A stretch of DNA of 50,670 bases, taken from the NCBI RefSeq assembly GCF_001194135.2, contig NC_068986.1, forward strand, positions 9,780,911-9,831,580, written 5' to 3'. How positions within the stretch are numbered: position 1 is the first letter of the stretch; every line of letters starts with the position of its first letter. This DNA comes from Octopus bimaculoides (Eukaryota). Below, piece after piece: positions 1 to 9,985 of the stretch. The position numbers and the translations under genes are program-made. The notes below the pieces were generated by a model. That model was not told the origin of the DNA. It searched no databases and saw nothing but the letters and a program-made list of their open reading frames with translations.

Positions 1-440
1 TTTCACTTTAATACTTTCAATTTCATACTGAAACTATTAAAGTGAGACTATACTCTCACATATATACAGGCATACTATAAGACCCAAGTTAAAAACATTC
101 CCAACAATTCAACTTCTCTGGTTGACATTAACACCCCCACCCCCAATAGGGGGCCTTCATTCCCACATTTTAGAGCTCCATGAGCTCCATTTTGCAGGAG
201 CAAAATCTTTTTTACAGGTTTCAGAAGACTGAAATTTTGGAATATGCGCATAAAGATCAATAGTATGGGATACATGTCTCATGATTAGAATTTTTTTAGG
301 GTGTATAAAAAGGGAAAGAACCCTCGCGTGCAATTTTGATGAAATTCGAATATGTATTCCAGTTCCTTACAGAAAATATAACAGAAAAGTCTCATTTTTC
401 AATTGCATGTAACACGGGCAACGCCGGGTATCTCTGCTAG
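1..440 (+). mobile_element. Non-autonomous Helitron-like element, 3' end
   Basis: GC-rich imperfect hairpin cgggcaacgccggg about 10 nt upstream of CTAG (437-440) followed by T, the canonical Helitron 3' terminus. The 5' boundary is not identified. Confidence 0.6.
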
Positions 441-499
441 TTAATCATAAAAGGTTTACTTTATAATTTAAAAAGCATAAATGACAGCGTAGTATAAAC

Positions 500-600
500 C
501 TGTGTGTGTGTGTGTGTGTTGGTGTGCATGTGTGTTGTGAGTGTGTGTGTGTGTGTGTTGGTGTGTATGTGTGTTGTGTGTGTGTGTGTTGGTGTGCGCG
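500..600. repeat. (TG)n compound microsatellite
   Basis: Interrupted TG run seen directly. Confidence 0.95.
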
Positions 601-1003
601 TAAACAGGTTTAACAAAAAAGTGTAATGATGATGATGTGACTTGTCTTCTAAATGCTAACAACATTACGTGTATCTCGCTCTTCTACTCAATGACATTTC
701 CTCTTGAGGCGGGAAAATCACGGCTTTAATCACGATGGCTTCGCCGACAATTTTATTTACAGTAAATCTATCTCGGATCAGTTTTGACTTTCCTATTTTT
801 TTGTTAGAAACAATCAAAATAACAATAATTCTATCTTCTTCTTCTTCTTCTTCTCCCTCCTCCTCCTTCCATAACTTGCGTCATTTAAAGCGGGAAATGG
901 CAGTGTTGCTACTGTTTCGTCACCAGCTCCACCTTCACCACCACTACCACCACCTTCACCCACCCCCAACAACAACACTGGTTGACGTCCTAAATCTATA
1001 TTA

Positions 1004-1040
1004 ATACTACTACTACTACTACTATTACGGTTACTGCTAA

Positions 1041-1110
<70 letters not shown>

Positions 1111-1112
1111 TA
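1004..1112. repeat. (CTA)n/(TTA)n microsatellite
   Basis: Trinucleotide runs seen directly. Confidence 0.95.
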
Positions 1113-1249
1113 TTTGTTTATTTATTCATGTTTACATACGATAGACACGACCCGCCCAATATTTCTTGTCATACAAACGATTCTTTAAGCTTTTTCAATC
1201 TTGAAATTTAGATTTTGAGAGACGCACATATGTCCTTAAGGAAAGGATC

Positions 1250-1407
1250 TCTACAAGAGTCATGGGCAACGGCAACCTACGGCCCGCGGGACTTACTGAA
1301 TGGCATGACTAATGAAAGATTTCCTTGAAATTTTTTTTAGTAACGCGGCCCGCTTCTTGGAAAAAAATTTCTCATGCCTGCTGTACAAAATGGCTTGACA
1401 TTGCTAG
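1250..1407 (+). mobile_element. hAT-Charlie-like MITE, degenerate
   Basis: Starts gtcatgggcaac...ctacggcccgcggg with a second gcggcccg motif, typical subterminal motifs of Charlie-type MITEs. No clean TSD. Confidence 0.5.
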
Positions 1408-1598
1408 AAATAAGAGTCAAATCTCGCGCCAATCACAGAAGGAAGCATGGGAGGAGAATAGTAGACAGTTAAAAGTGGGGGGTACGTACAGGTGGAAGTA
1501 GTGAATAATGAATAAGAGGGAGGGGGCTGTAAATGGTAAATATGAGCACAGTGGGGGAAGCGTGTGTGTGTGAGAGAGCGCGAGAGAGAGAGAGTGAA

Positions 1599-1910
1599 GG
1601 GACGTGGCTCAGTGGTTAGGGTATTTCGCTCAAAGATTGCAAGGTCTTGAGTTTGATATCTGGCTGCACGTTGCGTCCTTAAGCAAGACACCCTATTTCA
1701 CGTTGTTCCACTCATCTGGTAAAATATGAGTTGTGCCTGTGATTCAAAGAACCGGCCTTGTCACATTCTGTGTCACGCTGAATCTTTCTATGAATTACGA
1801 TGAGGGTACACGTCTTTGGAGTACTCAGCCACTTGCATGTTAATTCCACTACCAGGCTCTTCTGTTGATCGGATCAACTGAATCACTTGTTGTCATAATT
1901 GACACAATGA
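1599..1910 (+). mobile_element. tRNA-derived CORE-type SINE (family C tail; OR2-like)
   Basis: A-box gtggctcagtgg, degenerate B-box gagtttgatatc, CORE-like ttaagcaagacac. The 3' half (gggtacacgt...ctcagccacttgcatgttaa...ttgatcggatcaact) is shared with 11155-11550 and 38211-38575. Confidence 0.7.
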
Positions 1911-1929
1911 CAGGTTTAGTGCGTGTGTG

Positions 1930-2150
1930 CGTGTGTTTCCTTGCCTTGACATTGCATGACATTTATTAACCAACGTCTCAATCTTACAACTGGTGTCCTT
2001 CACTTCCAGTCGGATGTGAAGGTATTTCAAACTGTGAGGGAAGTATTATTACTTTGCCTGGAAAGAGGTGAGGGTTGGCAACAGGAAGGGCCTCCTGCTG
2101 TACAAATTATACCTCACGAATTCTGCTTGAGCCATGGACAATAATGATGG
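1930..2150 (+). mobile_element. Abundant (GAT)n-tailed non-autonomous retroelement (family D), fragment
   Basis: gtgtttccttgccttgacat...aggtgagggttggcaacaggaagggc, homologous to 5960-6190 and 17490-17700. Confidence 0.6.
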
Positions 2151-2256
2151 TAGTAGTAGTGGTGGCAGTATGTAGTAAAGGTAGTGGTGGTGGTTGTGAT
2201 AAGTATCATCTCTGTTGTTATAAATATAAGGCATAAACTGTAGTGAAGTGCCAGTA

Positions 2257-2316
<60 letters not shown>

Positions 2317-2319
<3 letters not shown>

Positions 2320-2520
2320 TTTAAAAGAAGAAAATGGAGATTAGGAAGTTAATAATTGTTTATTATTAACAGCAAATTGGACATCTTACAACCGTTTCAA
2401 TTAATACTCGATAAACATTAAATTTACATTAATTTGACATGAGCACAATATCATCAGAGGGAAAAAGATATATATTGGGATGTTATATGTGAGCTTATGA
2501 ATTCCTTTTAGCAGACTATA
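2317..2520 (-). mobile_element. (TA)n-flanked Penelope-like short element with degenerate hammerhead core
   Basis: Flanked by (TA)n on both sides. Minus strand reads CTGATGA (2457-2451), stem II, GAAAC-ggtt-GTA (2398-2387). Confidence 0.5.
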
Positions 2521-2586
2521 TATATATATATATATACATATATATACATATATAATCAAAATAAGCAACAAGGATATTCCAGGTTA

Positions 2587-2676
2587 ATGCAGTACGCACG
2601 TTTCATGCGACTCCATTTATTTAAACAATGTGAGCATTACATTAAATGTAAAATGCAGAGCAATCTTCAGCTGCAC
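2587..2676 (-). ncRNA. Minimal type I hammerhead ribozyme motif within a (TA)n-flanked Penelope-like element (about 2555-2820)
   Basis: Minus strand: gtgcag (stem I), CTGAAGA, long branched stem II, GAAAC, gtgc, GTA, ctgcat (stem I'). All conserved core nucleotides are present. Confidence 0.65.
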
Positions 2677-3648
2677 AAAGATACAGAAAATTTACTGAAA
2701 TTTCATTTTGATAAAAGGACATTATTGTAACTACATTCAAACACTCCAAGTGGGAAAGAAGAATATAAAAAACTTAAGTACCATATTCACCTTGAATCTA
2801 AATTTCATATATATATATGAGGAAAGTAAACAAACAAAGTTTGTTTTTTTTAGAAGCGTTGAGATGCATTGAAAGATACAGAAACAATTTTTTTTTTCCT
2901 CAAATGCGTGATAATGCTAATAAATAGTGTGATCAGTATAAATTATCCATACATTGCAGAAAAATACGTTACCGGCCGGCCATTAGGCTCGAACTCACAT
3001 CCCTGTGATTACGCGTAAGTCACAATAATATTTTCTTTTAGAACTTTTGCATAAACTGGTGTTGCAAATGGAGATGGAACAGAAACATGTGTAACTTATA
3101 ATTAAAGATGAGTTAAAGAATTTTCTTTGTCTTTTTCTTTTCATTGGATTATTTACTCTTCTCTAAACCACATGATGGTATAATTGTCATGAGACTTGGA
3201 TTTTCTACACCAGAAGTATTCCGGCATCGGCTTGGATCCCGACAGTTTATTTATTCATTCAAAGATGGTGATACATTTTACATTGTATTTCCTACTCAGT
3301 TTTGTCTTTGTTGGGGTTAGAAAGAGATGGAGTGGGTAACATAGCGCCAGAGCTAAGTCTCATTGTAAAGGAAAATGTGTTTCTGTAGAAATAGCTCAAC
3401 TTGCCGGTCTCCACAGACTGAATATTGTAGGTGCCAGATTGTGAATGAAAGAGAAAATACTGCTGTCAAGTAAACACCAATTATCTGATACCCACAGTCT
3501 CTACATAGAATGACCTTAATTCGTTTGTTGTGGAGAGGAGTGTTTCCATAGACGCTCAAGTGAAGTTTCTAGTTTCTTGCATAACATTTTGAAGTGTTAC
3601 ATCAGAATTTACACCTAAGGTATAAATATTCTGTTGCAACATCATAAG

Positions 3649-3695
<47 letters not shown>

Positions 3696-3825
3696 TGNNN
3701 NNNNNNNNNNNNNNNNNNNNNNNNNNNNNNNNNNNNNNNNNNNNAGTATTAGTAAAGGAGACGTGTAATACATTTTATCTCTGGATTTCTGGGAGAAAAT
3801 ATGATTTTTGATGTGGTTGTCGTCG

Positions 3826-3986
3826 TCGTCGTTGTTGTTGTTGTTGTTGTTGCTGCTGCTGCTGCTGTTGTTGTTGTTGTTGTTGTTATTACTATTCAGG
3901 TCACTGCCTCAAATCAGGCATATGGTGTAGTGGTTAAGAGTGCGGACTACTAACCCCAAAGTTCTGAGTTTGATTCCAGGCAGTGA

Positions 3987-4048
<62 letters not shown>

Positions 4049-4203
4049 GCAACATTGAAAAATACCTTAGGAATGAGAACCCAGGTTTGAAATTTCCCCA
4101 AGACACCTGATGAAGGCTGGAGGGTATATCAGCTGAAATGTTGTCTTAACAACAAACAAGATGAGGACAAGTATCCGTCAAATGTAAATAATGTAAATAA
4201 TTT
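3826..4203 (+). mobile_element. Composite element (family E): tRNA-like head + (AAT)n + hammerhead-containing tail, with inverted stub at 5' side
   Basis: Head 3917-3990 has A-box tggtgtagtgg and B-box gagtttgattcc. (AAT)n at 3991-4047. Tail has CTGATGA (4107-4113), ggctg/cagct stem and GAAAT-GTT. A colinear second copy lies at 22945-23216 (-). Confidence 0.7.
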
Positions 4204-4320
4204 ATGGTGAATTAATGCAGGACTTCCAGGTAGCCTGACTATAATTTCTCGTTTGTACGTGTCATCAAAAGTACATTAGGCATTATACCAACAAATTGGC
4301 ACAAAAACCTAGAGATCTAT

Positions 4321-4548
4321 TATCTTTTATTTGTTCTTTGTTTCTGTCATTTGATTGTGACCATGCTGGGGCACTGCCTTGAAGAATTTTAGTAAAATGA
4401 ATTGATCTCAGGATTTATTTTTGCTTTTTTGTTTTTTTAGCCTGGTACTCATTCTCTTAGTGTCTTTTGCTGAACCACTAAGTTATGGGGATGTAAACAC
4501 ACCAACACCAGTTGTCAAGCAGTTGAGGGAGACAAACACAGACAGAAA

Positions 4549-4600
<52 letters not shown>

Positions 4601-4770
4601 ATACACACATGCAATAAGATTCTTTCAGTTTCCATCTACCAAAATCCACTCACAAGGCTTTGGTCAGCTTGAGGCAATAGTAGAAGACACTTGCCCAAGG
4701 TGGCATACATTGGGACTGAACCCAGAACCATGTGGTCGGGAAGCAAACTTCTTACCACACTGCCACACCT
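4321..4770 (-). mobile_element. OR1-like CORE-SINE (family A)
   Basis: Minus strand shows tRNA head (gtgtggtaagaagtttgcttccc...ggttcagtccca), CORE ttgggcaagtgtcttctact, internal (CA)n and tail ending gcatggtcacaatcaaatgacagaaac. Confidence 0.8.
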
Positions 4771-4779
4771 GGATGTTTG

Positions 4780-4884
4780 AAGAAAGAACAAAAGAAACTG
4801 GCACGGATTCTCCAAACCCATTCTATTGGTGGCACAATGGGGATTTGTAAGGCATTTCAAAGATTCACATCAGAGATTCATTAG
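4780..4884 (+). pseudogene. Possible C-terminal remnant of an RLE-type non-LTR ORF
   Basis: Translates KKEQKKLARILQTHSIGGTMGICKAFQRFTSEIH*, resembling LQxxSIxGTxKICKxF ORF ends of R4-like LINEs as I recall them. Confidence 0.35.
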
Positions 4885-5029
4885 GTGAATAGATGCACAC
4901 ACCTGTGGCTGTGTGCATCAGCCACAAAATTACAAACACTAGGAACCGTCTTAACTTGAAATGTCTTGTTGCTTTATTAGTGACCAGCTTGAATTCTTTG
5001 GAGAAGAACTTAAATAAAATTCAAAGAAA

Positions 5030-5615
5030 AATCATACACACATATACAAACATATGTTTATGCATAAATACATACACACATATATACATACATATATACA
5101 TACATACATACATACATGCATACATACATACATACATACAAAAGCATGTTTATACATAAATACATATGCACATATAGACATAAATGCATACACACATATA
5201 TGTATGTATAATCATACATACATGCATAAATACATACACACATATATACATATATACATTCATGCATACACACACGTTTATACATAAATACATACATACA
5301 TACATACAAAGATATGTTTATACATAAATACATACATATATACATACATAAATGCACACACAAATATATATAATCATACATACATGCATAAATACATACA
5401 CACATATATACATACATGCATACACATAAATACATACACACATACACACATATACATACATACACACACAAATGTTGTGCTTATATATAAATACATACAC
5501 ATATTCATACATACGTACACAAATATTATGTTTATACATATGTACATATATACATACAGGCATACATATATACATACATATACATACATACATACACAAA
5601 CATACTGACATGCAT
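5030..5615. repeat. Compound (TACA)/(TA)/(CA) microsatellite with internal duplications
   Basis: Seen directly. It accounts for the MYVC/HTYI-type ORFs. Confidence 0.95.
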
Positions 5616-5734
5616 GGTATGTATGTACAAACTGAATAATTCATGAGATTCAGTCCAAACACTAATTGGATTTATGGCGTATCAGCTTACAATTTCCTGA
5701 ATGAGAGTTAAGCAATTTCACTGTTTCTATTAAG

Positions 5735-5960
5735 GTGCAAGAATGGCTGCGTGATTAAGAAGCTTGCTTGCTGACCATGTGGTCTCAGGTTCAGTCCCAC
5801 TATATGGTGCAAGTACCTTCTATTATAGCCCTAGGCTGACAAAACCTTTGTGAGCAGATTTGGTAGATGGAAACTGAAAAAAGCCTGTCAAATATGTGTA
5901 TGTGTGTGTATTTGTAAGTGCATGTGTTTGTATGTGTGTGTGTGTGTGTGTAGACATTAT
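5735..5960 (+). mobile_element. OR1-like CORE-SINE, 5' part
   Basis: ggctgcgtgattaagaagcttgc...ggttcagtccca...gatttggtagatggaaactgaaa then (TG)n. Confidence 0.75.
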
Positions 5961-6770
5961 AGGATGATTGTAAATGACTATTGTGATTATACAAACAATG
6001 CTGTTTGTTTCCAGTGTTTCCAGAAAACCATGTTTTGTCATGAGAAAATGTTAATTACCTTGCTTGGAAACAGGTGTGGATTGGCAATAAGAAGGGGCAT
6101 CCACCTTAGAAAACCAGCCTTAACACATTCTGTCTGTCTAATGAAGCATGCAAAACACACATCAAATGATGATGATGATGATGATATATGTATGTGTGTG
6201 TATGTGTTTCTGTGTGTGTGAGTTGGCACGTAAAAGGCACCATTTGAGCATTGGGCCCCATAGAGGCAGTGACAGGTGACCAAGACCTTTGGTGATATAC
6301 TGAGCTTGTGTTGACCTGTCAAGCCAAGTAAGACCACAGTCATGGCCAGTACTGGTGTCGGATCAGTGGTCTCCGTGCTGGTGGCACGTAAAAAGCACCC
6401 ACTATGCTCTGGAAGTGGTTGGTGTTAGGAAGGTCCTCCAGCCATAGAAACCATGCCAAATCAGATTCGGACCTGGTACAGCTCCATGGCTTACCAGTTC
6501 TCAGTCAAACCACCCAACCCATGCCAGCATGGAAAGCAGACGTTAAATGATGATGATGATATCATCCTTTAACGTCTGTTTTCTATGCTGGCATGGGTAT
6601 ATATCATCATCATCATCATTGTTTAACGTCTGCACTCCATGCTGGCATGAGTAGGATGGTTTGACAGGAGCCAGCCAGGCAGAAGCCTGCACCAGACTTC
6701 TGTGACTGTTTTGGCAGGATTTTTACAGCTGGATGCCCTTCCTAACATCAACCATTCAGCAGAGTGGACT
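5960..6770. mobile_element. Cluster of family D fragments (+ strand to about 6560, - strand 6560-6770)
   Basis: Recurrent ggcacgtaaaaagcaccc...aacccatgccagcatggaaagcagacgttaaatgatgatgat and its reverse complement. Confidence 0.75.
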
Positions 6771-6809
6771 AATAATTGTGTTCCTATGCAATTATTATCA
6801 TATAGATAT

Positions 6810-7195
6810 CAGGGATGTGCTGCCTAAGTAGGCAAGGTAGGCAGTGCCTACCTTGAATAAAATAGATTGATAGCAACATTTTCCTTTTGTGACAAAATAC
6901 GCTCCTAATTCAATAAAATTATCAAGGTTACTCTGATTACTATGCATAAAATGCATAATATCTTATTTTTTTGTAGATTAGGTAGGCATAATTCACCCCT
7001 ACTTCTCAATCTCACTATTAAAGCCACTTATAGTATTGCTGTAGTACACGTGCTGTGTACATTCCTACAACAATGTTTTCTTTATGCATTATAAAAGCAG
7101 AAGTAAATCTGCCTCTAATTCAGTTGTGTGGCTGTGTTTCGCTTATTTTTTGTGTGTTTAACTAAATGGATGTCACCGACTGCCTACCCTGAGTA
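6810..7195. mobile_element. Probable hAT-type MITE remnant
   Basis: cagggatgtgctgcc start with repeated taggca/tgccta motifs at both ends. Confidence 0.35.
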
Positions 7196-7280
7196 ATTAC
7201 TGATGACTCATGCCAGCATGGAAAATGGATGTTAAATAATGATGGTGATGATGATGATGATGATGATATATATATATAGA

Positions 7281-7443
7281 TTTATACAAGAGCATTACTA
7301 TACGTGAATGCCTCATGCTAAGAGGGACTCTAAGGTCAAACTACCATAATAAACACATTTTTACTGTGTGTTTATTATGGTAGTTTGACCTTAGAGTCCC
7401 TCTTAGCATGAGGCATTCATGTATAGCAATGCCCTTATATAAA
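7281..7443. repeat. Long fold-back palindrome (77-bp arms, 9-nt loop) derived from a (TA)n-associated Penelope-like family
   Basis: 7305-7357 is the exact reverse complement of 7367-7419. The outer 24 bp carry 4 transitions. An unfolded homolog lies at 24452-24550. Confidence 0.9.
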
Positions 7444-8258
7444 TAAATATATTTTGGGGAATAAATGATGGATTTTTTCCCTTATGAGGTTTTTTCACGC
7501 TAGATAAATTCTTATAAAAGAATTCATCCTATTATTGAATTAAGTATACATATATATATATATATATAGGAAAATGAAAAAAAGCCNNNNNNNNNNNNNN
7601 NNNNNNNNNNNNNNNNNNNNNNNNNNNNNNNNNNNNNNNNNNNNNNNNNNNNNNNNNNNNNNNNNNNNNNNNNNNNNNNNNNNNNNNNNNNNNNNNNNNN
7701 NNNNNNNNNNNNNNNNNNNNNNNNNNNNNNNNNNNNNNNNNNNNNNNNNNNNNNNNNNNNNNNNNNNNNNNNNNNNNNNNNNNNNNNNNNNNNNNNNNNN
7801 NNNNNNNNNNNNNNNNNNNNNNNNNNNNNNNNNNNNNNNNNNNNNNNNNNNNNNNNNNNNNNNNNNNNNNNNNNNNNNNNNNNNNNNNNNNNNNNNNNNN
7901 NTATATATATATATATATGTATATACATATCACTGTAATACTTTATCAACCAGACTATTCGATGTTGTTATACATCGCAAGTCACAATGTGGTACCAGTT
8001 TTTTTCTTGAGTTCACCATTCCTTTCTATCTTGGCTCAAATCATTTAATTAAATCACTTGGTTTTTACCTCATATGATTTGAATAAGTAGTGTGGAGGTG
8101 TTCAGATGTTAATATGTGTCAATCATACATCTTTATTAAGAAACATTTCTCATGGAAATGGAAAAGACATTATCCTGGAGGATGGTGAGGAAGATGCACT
8201 GGAACAACCACTTTAACCCCGGGCGCTTACATTTGTGAGTGGTGAGCAGGGATGTGGT

Positions 8259-8425
8259 CTGGAGGCCAAGAACACTGGAGGCCAAGAACACTGGAGGCCA
8301 AGAACACTGGAGGCCAAGAACACTGGAGGCCAAGAACACTGGAGGCCAAGAACACTGGAGACCAAGAACACTGGAGGCCAAGAACACTGGAGGCCAAGAA
8401 CACTGGAGGCCAAGAACACTGGAGG
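8259..8425. repeat. 16-bp minisatellite CTGGAGGCCAAGAACA x10.4
   Basis: Ten full units starting at 8259 with a single G>A variant at 8361. Confidence 0.95.
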
Positions 8426-8934
8426 TCTCCACTGCGACAAGCTCAGGAACTAGGATCACATTGCAAGCATAGCTTCCAGAAAATTTATCATAAATTATTT
8501 AGAAAAAGGATAAAGACTGAAAAGAGAATCTTAATAAACAACTACTTGAAGACGAAAGCAGGGTTTAATGATGTCTAATTAGTTCTAATATGGGTGGGGT
8601 AGGGGGCACTTATAAGATCTTATCAGCCACACCTTTAAAGTTTAAGAAATGTATAGTGGCTTTGTTCCATTGTCAAGTGTGTTTTGATAGCTGTAGGATT
8701 GTCATCCTGTGTTCTTGAGAAAGTGATAGAAAGATGGAAGAAGAAGGCAGAGAGAGGGAGGGGGAGAAAGAAAAATAGAGAGGAGGAGGAGTGATTAAAA
8801 CTGTCAAGCTCTACAGAGAAATCCTTTAGACAATCCACCTGAAGTACTCCAGAATATACCACAAAATACAGAAACAAGCATGTATACACTCAAGCACACA
8901 CACACACATACACACGTACACACACACACACACA

Positions 8935-9335
8935 TTCGTTTATTTCTTTATTTGTTTCAGTCATTTGACTGCGACCATGTCTTTAATCGAACACATCGAC
9001 CCCAGGACTTATTTTTTGTAAGCCTAGTACATATTCTATCGGTCTCTTTTGCCAAACTGCTAAGTTATGGGGACATAAGCATACCAGCATCAGTTGTCAA
9101 GCGAAGGTGTGGGGCAAATAAGGACATACAAACACACACACACACACACACATACACACACACATACATACAACAGGTTTCTTTCAGTTTCCGTCTACCA
9201 AATCCACTCACAAGGCTTTGGTCGGACCGAGGCTATAGCAGAAGACACTTGTCCAAGGTGCCACGCAGTGGGATTGAACCCGGAACCATGTGGTTGTTAA
9301 GCAAGCTTCTTACTACACAGCCACTCCTGCACCTA
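8935..9335 (-). mobile_element. OR1-like CORE-SINE, near full length
   Basis: Minus strand begins ggtgcaggagtggctgtgtagtaagaagcttgc, with B-box gggttcaatccc, CORE, (CA)n and tail. Confidence 0.85.
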
Positions 9336-9584
9336 TGTATGTATGTATATATGTGTGTATGTATGTGTGTGTGTATGTATGTATATAATGTGTGTGTATA
9401 TACATACATACATACATGCATGCATGCATCTAGGTGACCAAGTCTGTCGTGGGGGTGGATGCTCTGAAAGTGTAGCTGCTAGAATAAGAATAGCTTGAGC
9501 AAAGTTCAGAAAGCTCCTACTTCTGCTGGTAATCAAGGGCCTCTCACTCAGAGTGGAAGGTAGACTGTATGATGCCTGCTGCTA

Positions 9585-9725
9585 TGTTCTGAGTTCAAAT
9601 TCCAACGGAGTCAACTTTGCCTTTCATACTTTCAGGGTCAATTAAATAAGTATCTGTTAAGCATTGGGGTTGATGAAATCGACATACCCCCTCCCTGCAA
9701 ATTTCAGGCCTTGTGCCTATAATAG
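9585..9725 (+). mobile_element. tRNA-SINE family B (Meta/MESC-like central domain), partial
   Basis: gttctgagttcaaattcc...gtcaactttgcctttcat...aataagta. Confidence 0.7.
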
Positions 9726-9734
9726 AAAGGTTTA

Positions 9735-9985
9735 TTATCATCGTCATCATCGTCGTCATCGTCGTCGTCGTCGTCGTTGTCGTCATCATCATCGTCGTTG
9801 TCGTCTTCGTTGTCATCATCGTCGTCGTCGTTGTTGTCGTCATTGTCGTTGTCATCATCGTCGTCGTTGTCGTCATCATCGTCGTCGTTGTCATCATCAT
9901 CATCGTCGTTGTCGTCATCGTCGTCGTCGTTGTCATCATCGTCGTCGTCGTCGTCGTCATCGTCGTTGTCATCATTATTATTATT
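9735..9985. repeat. Cryptic CpG-rich (CGT/CAT/TGT)n trinucleotide array
   Basis: Seen directly. It produces the poly-S/V/T/R ORFs. Confidence 0.95.

Noticed and set aside
3353-3559. Ankyrin-like YGNTPLH motif in a minus-strand ORF
   Set aside because: The following residues do not fit the ankyrin helix pattern and there is no supporting splice structure.
7199-7230. CTGATGA...GAAA hammerhead-like spacing
   Set aside because: It is the junction of a MITE end and a family D tail, with no stem I or III.
8259-8425. CRISPR-like repeat array, or repetitive protein (EAKNTGGQEHWRPRTL)
   Set aside because: There are no spacers, the context is eukaryotic, and the 16-aa periodicity arises in all frames from a 16-nt unit.
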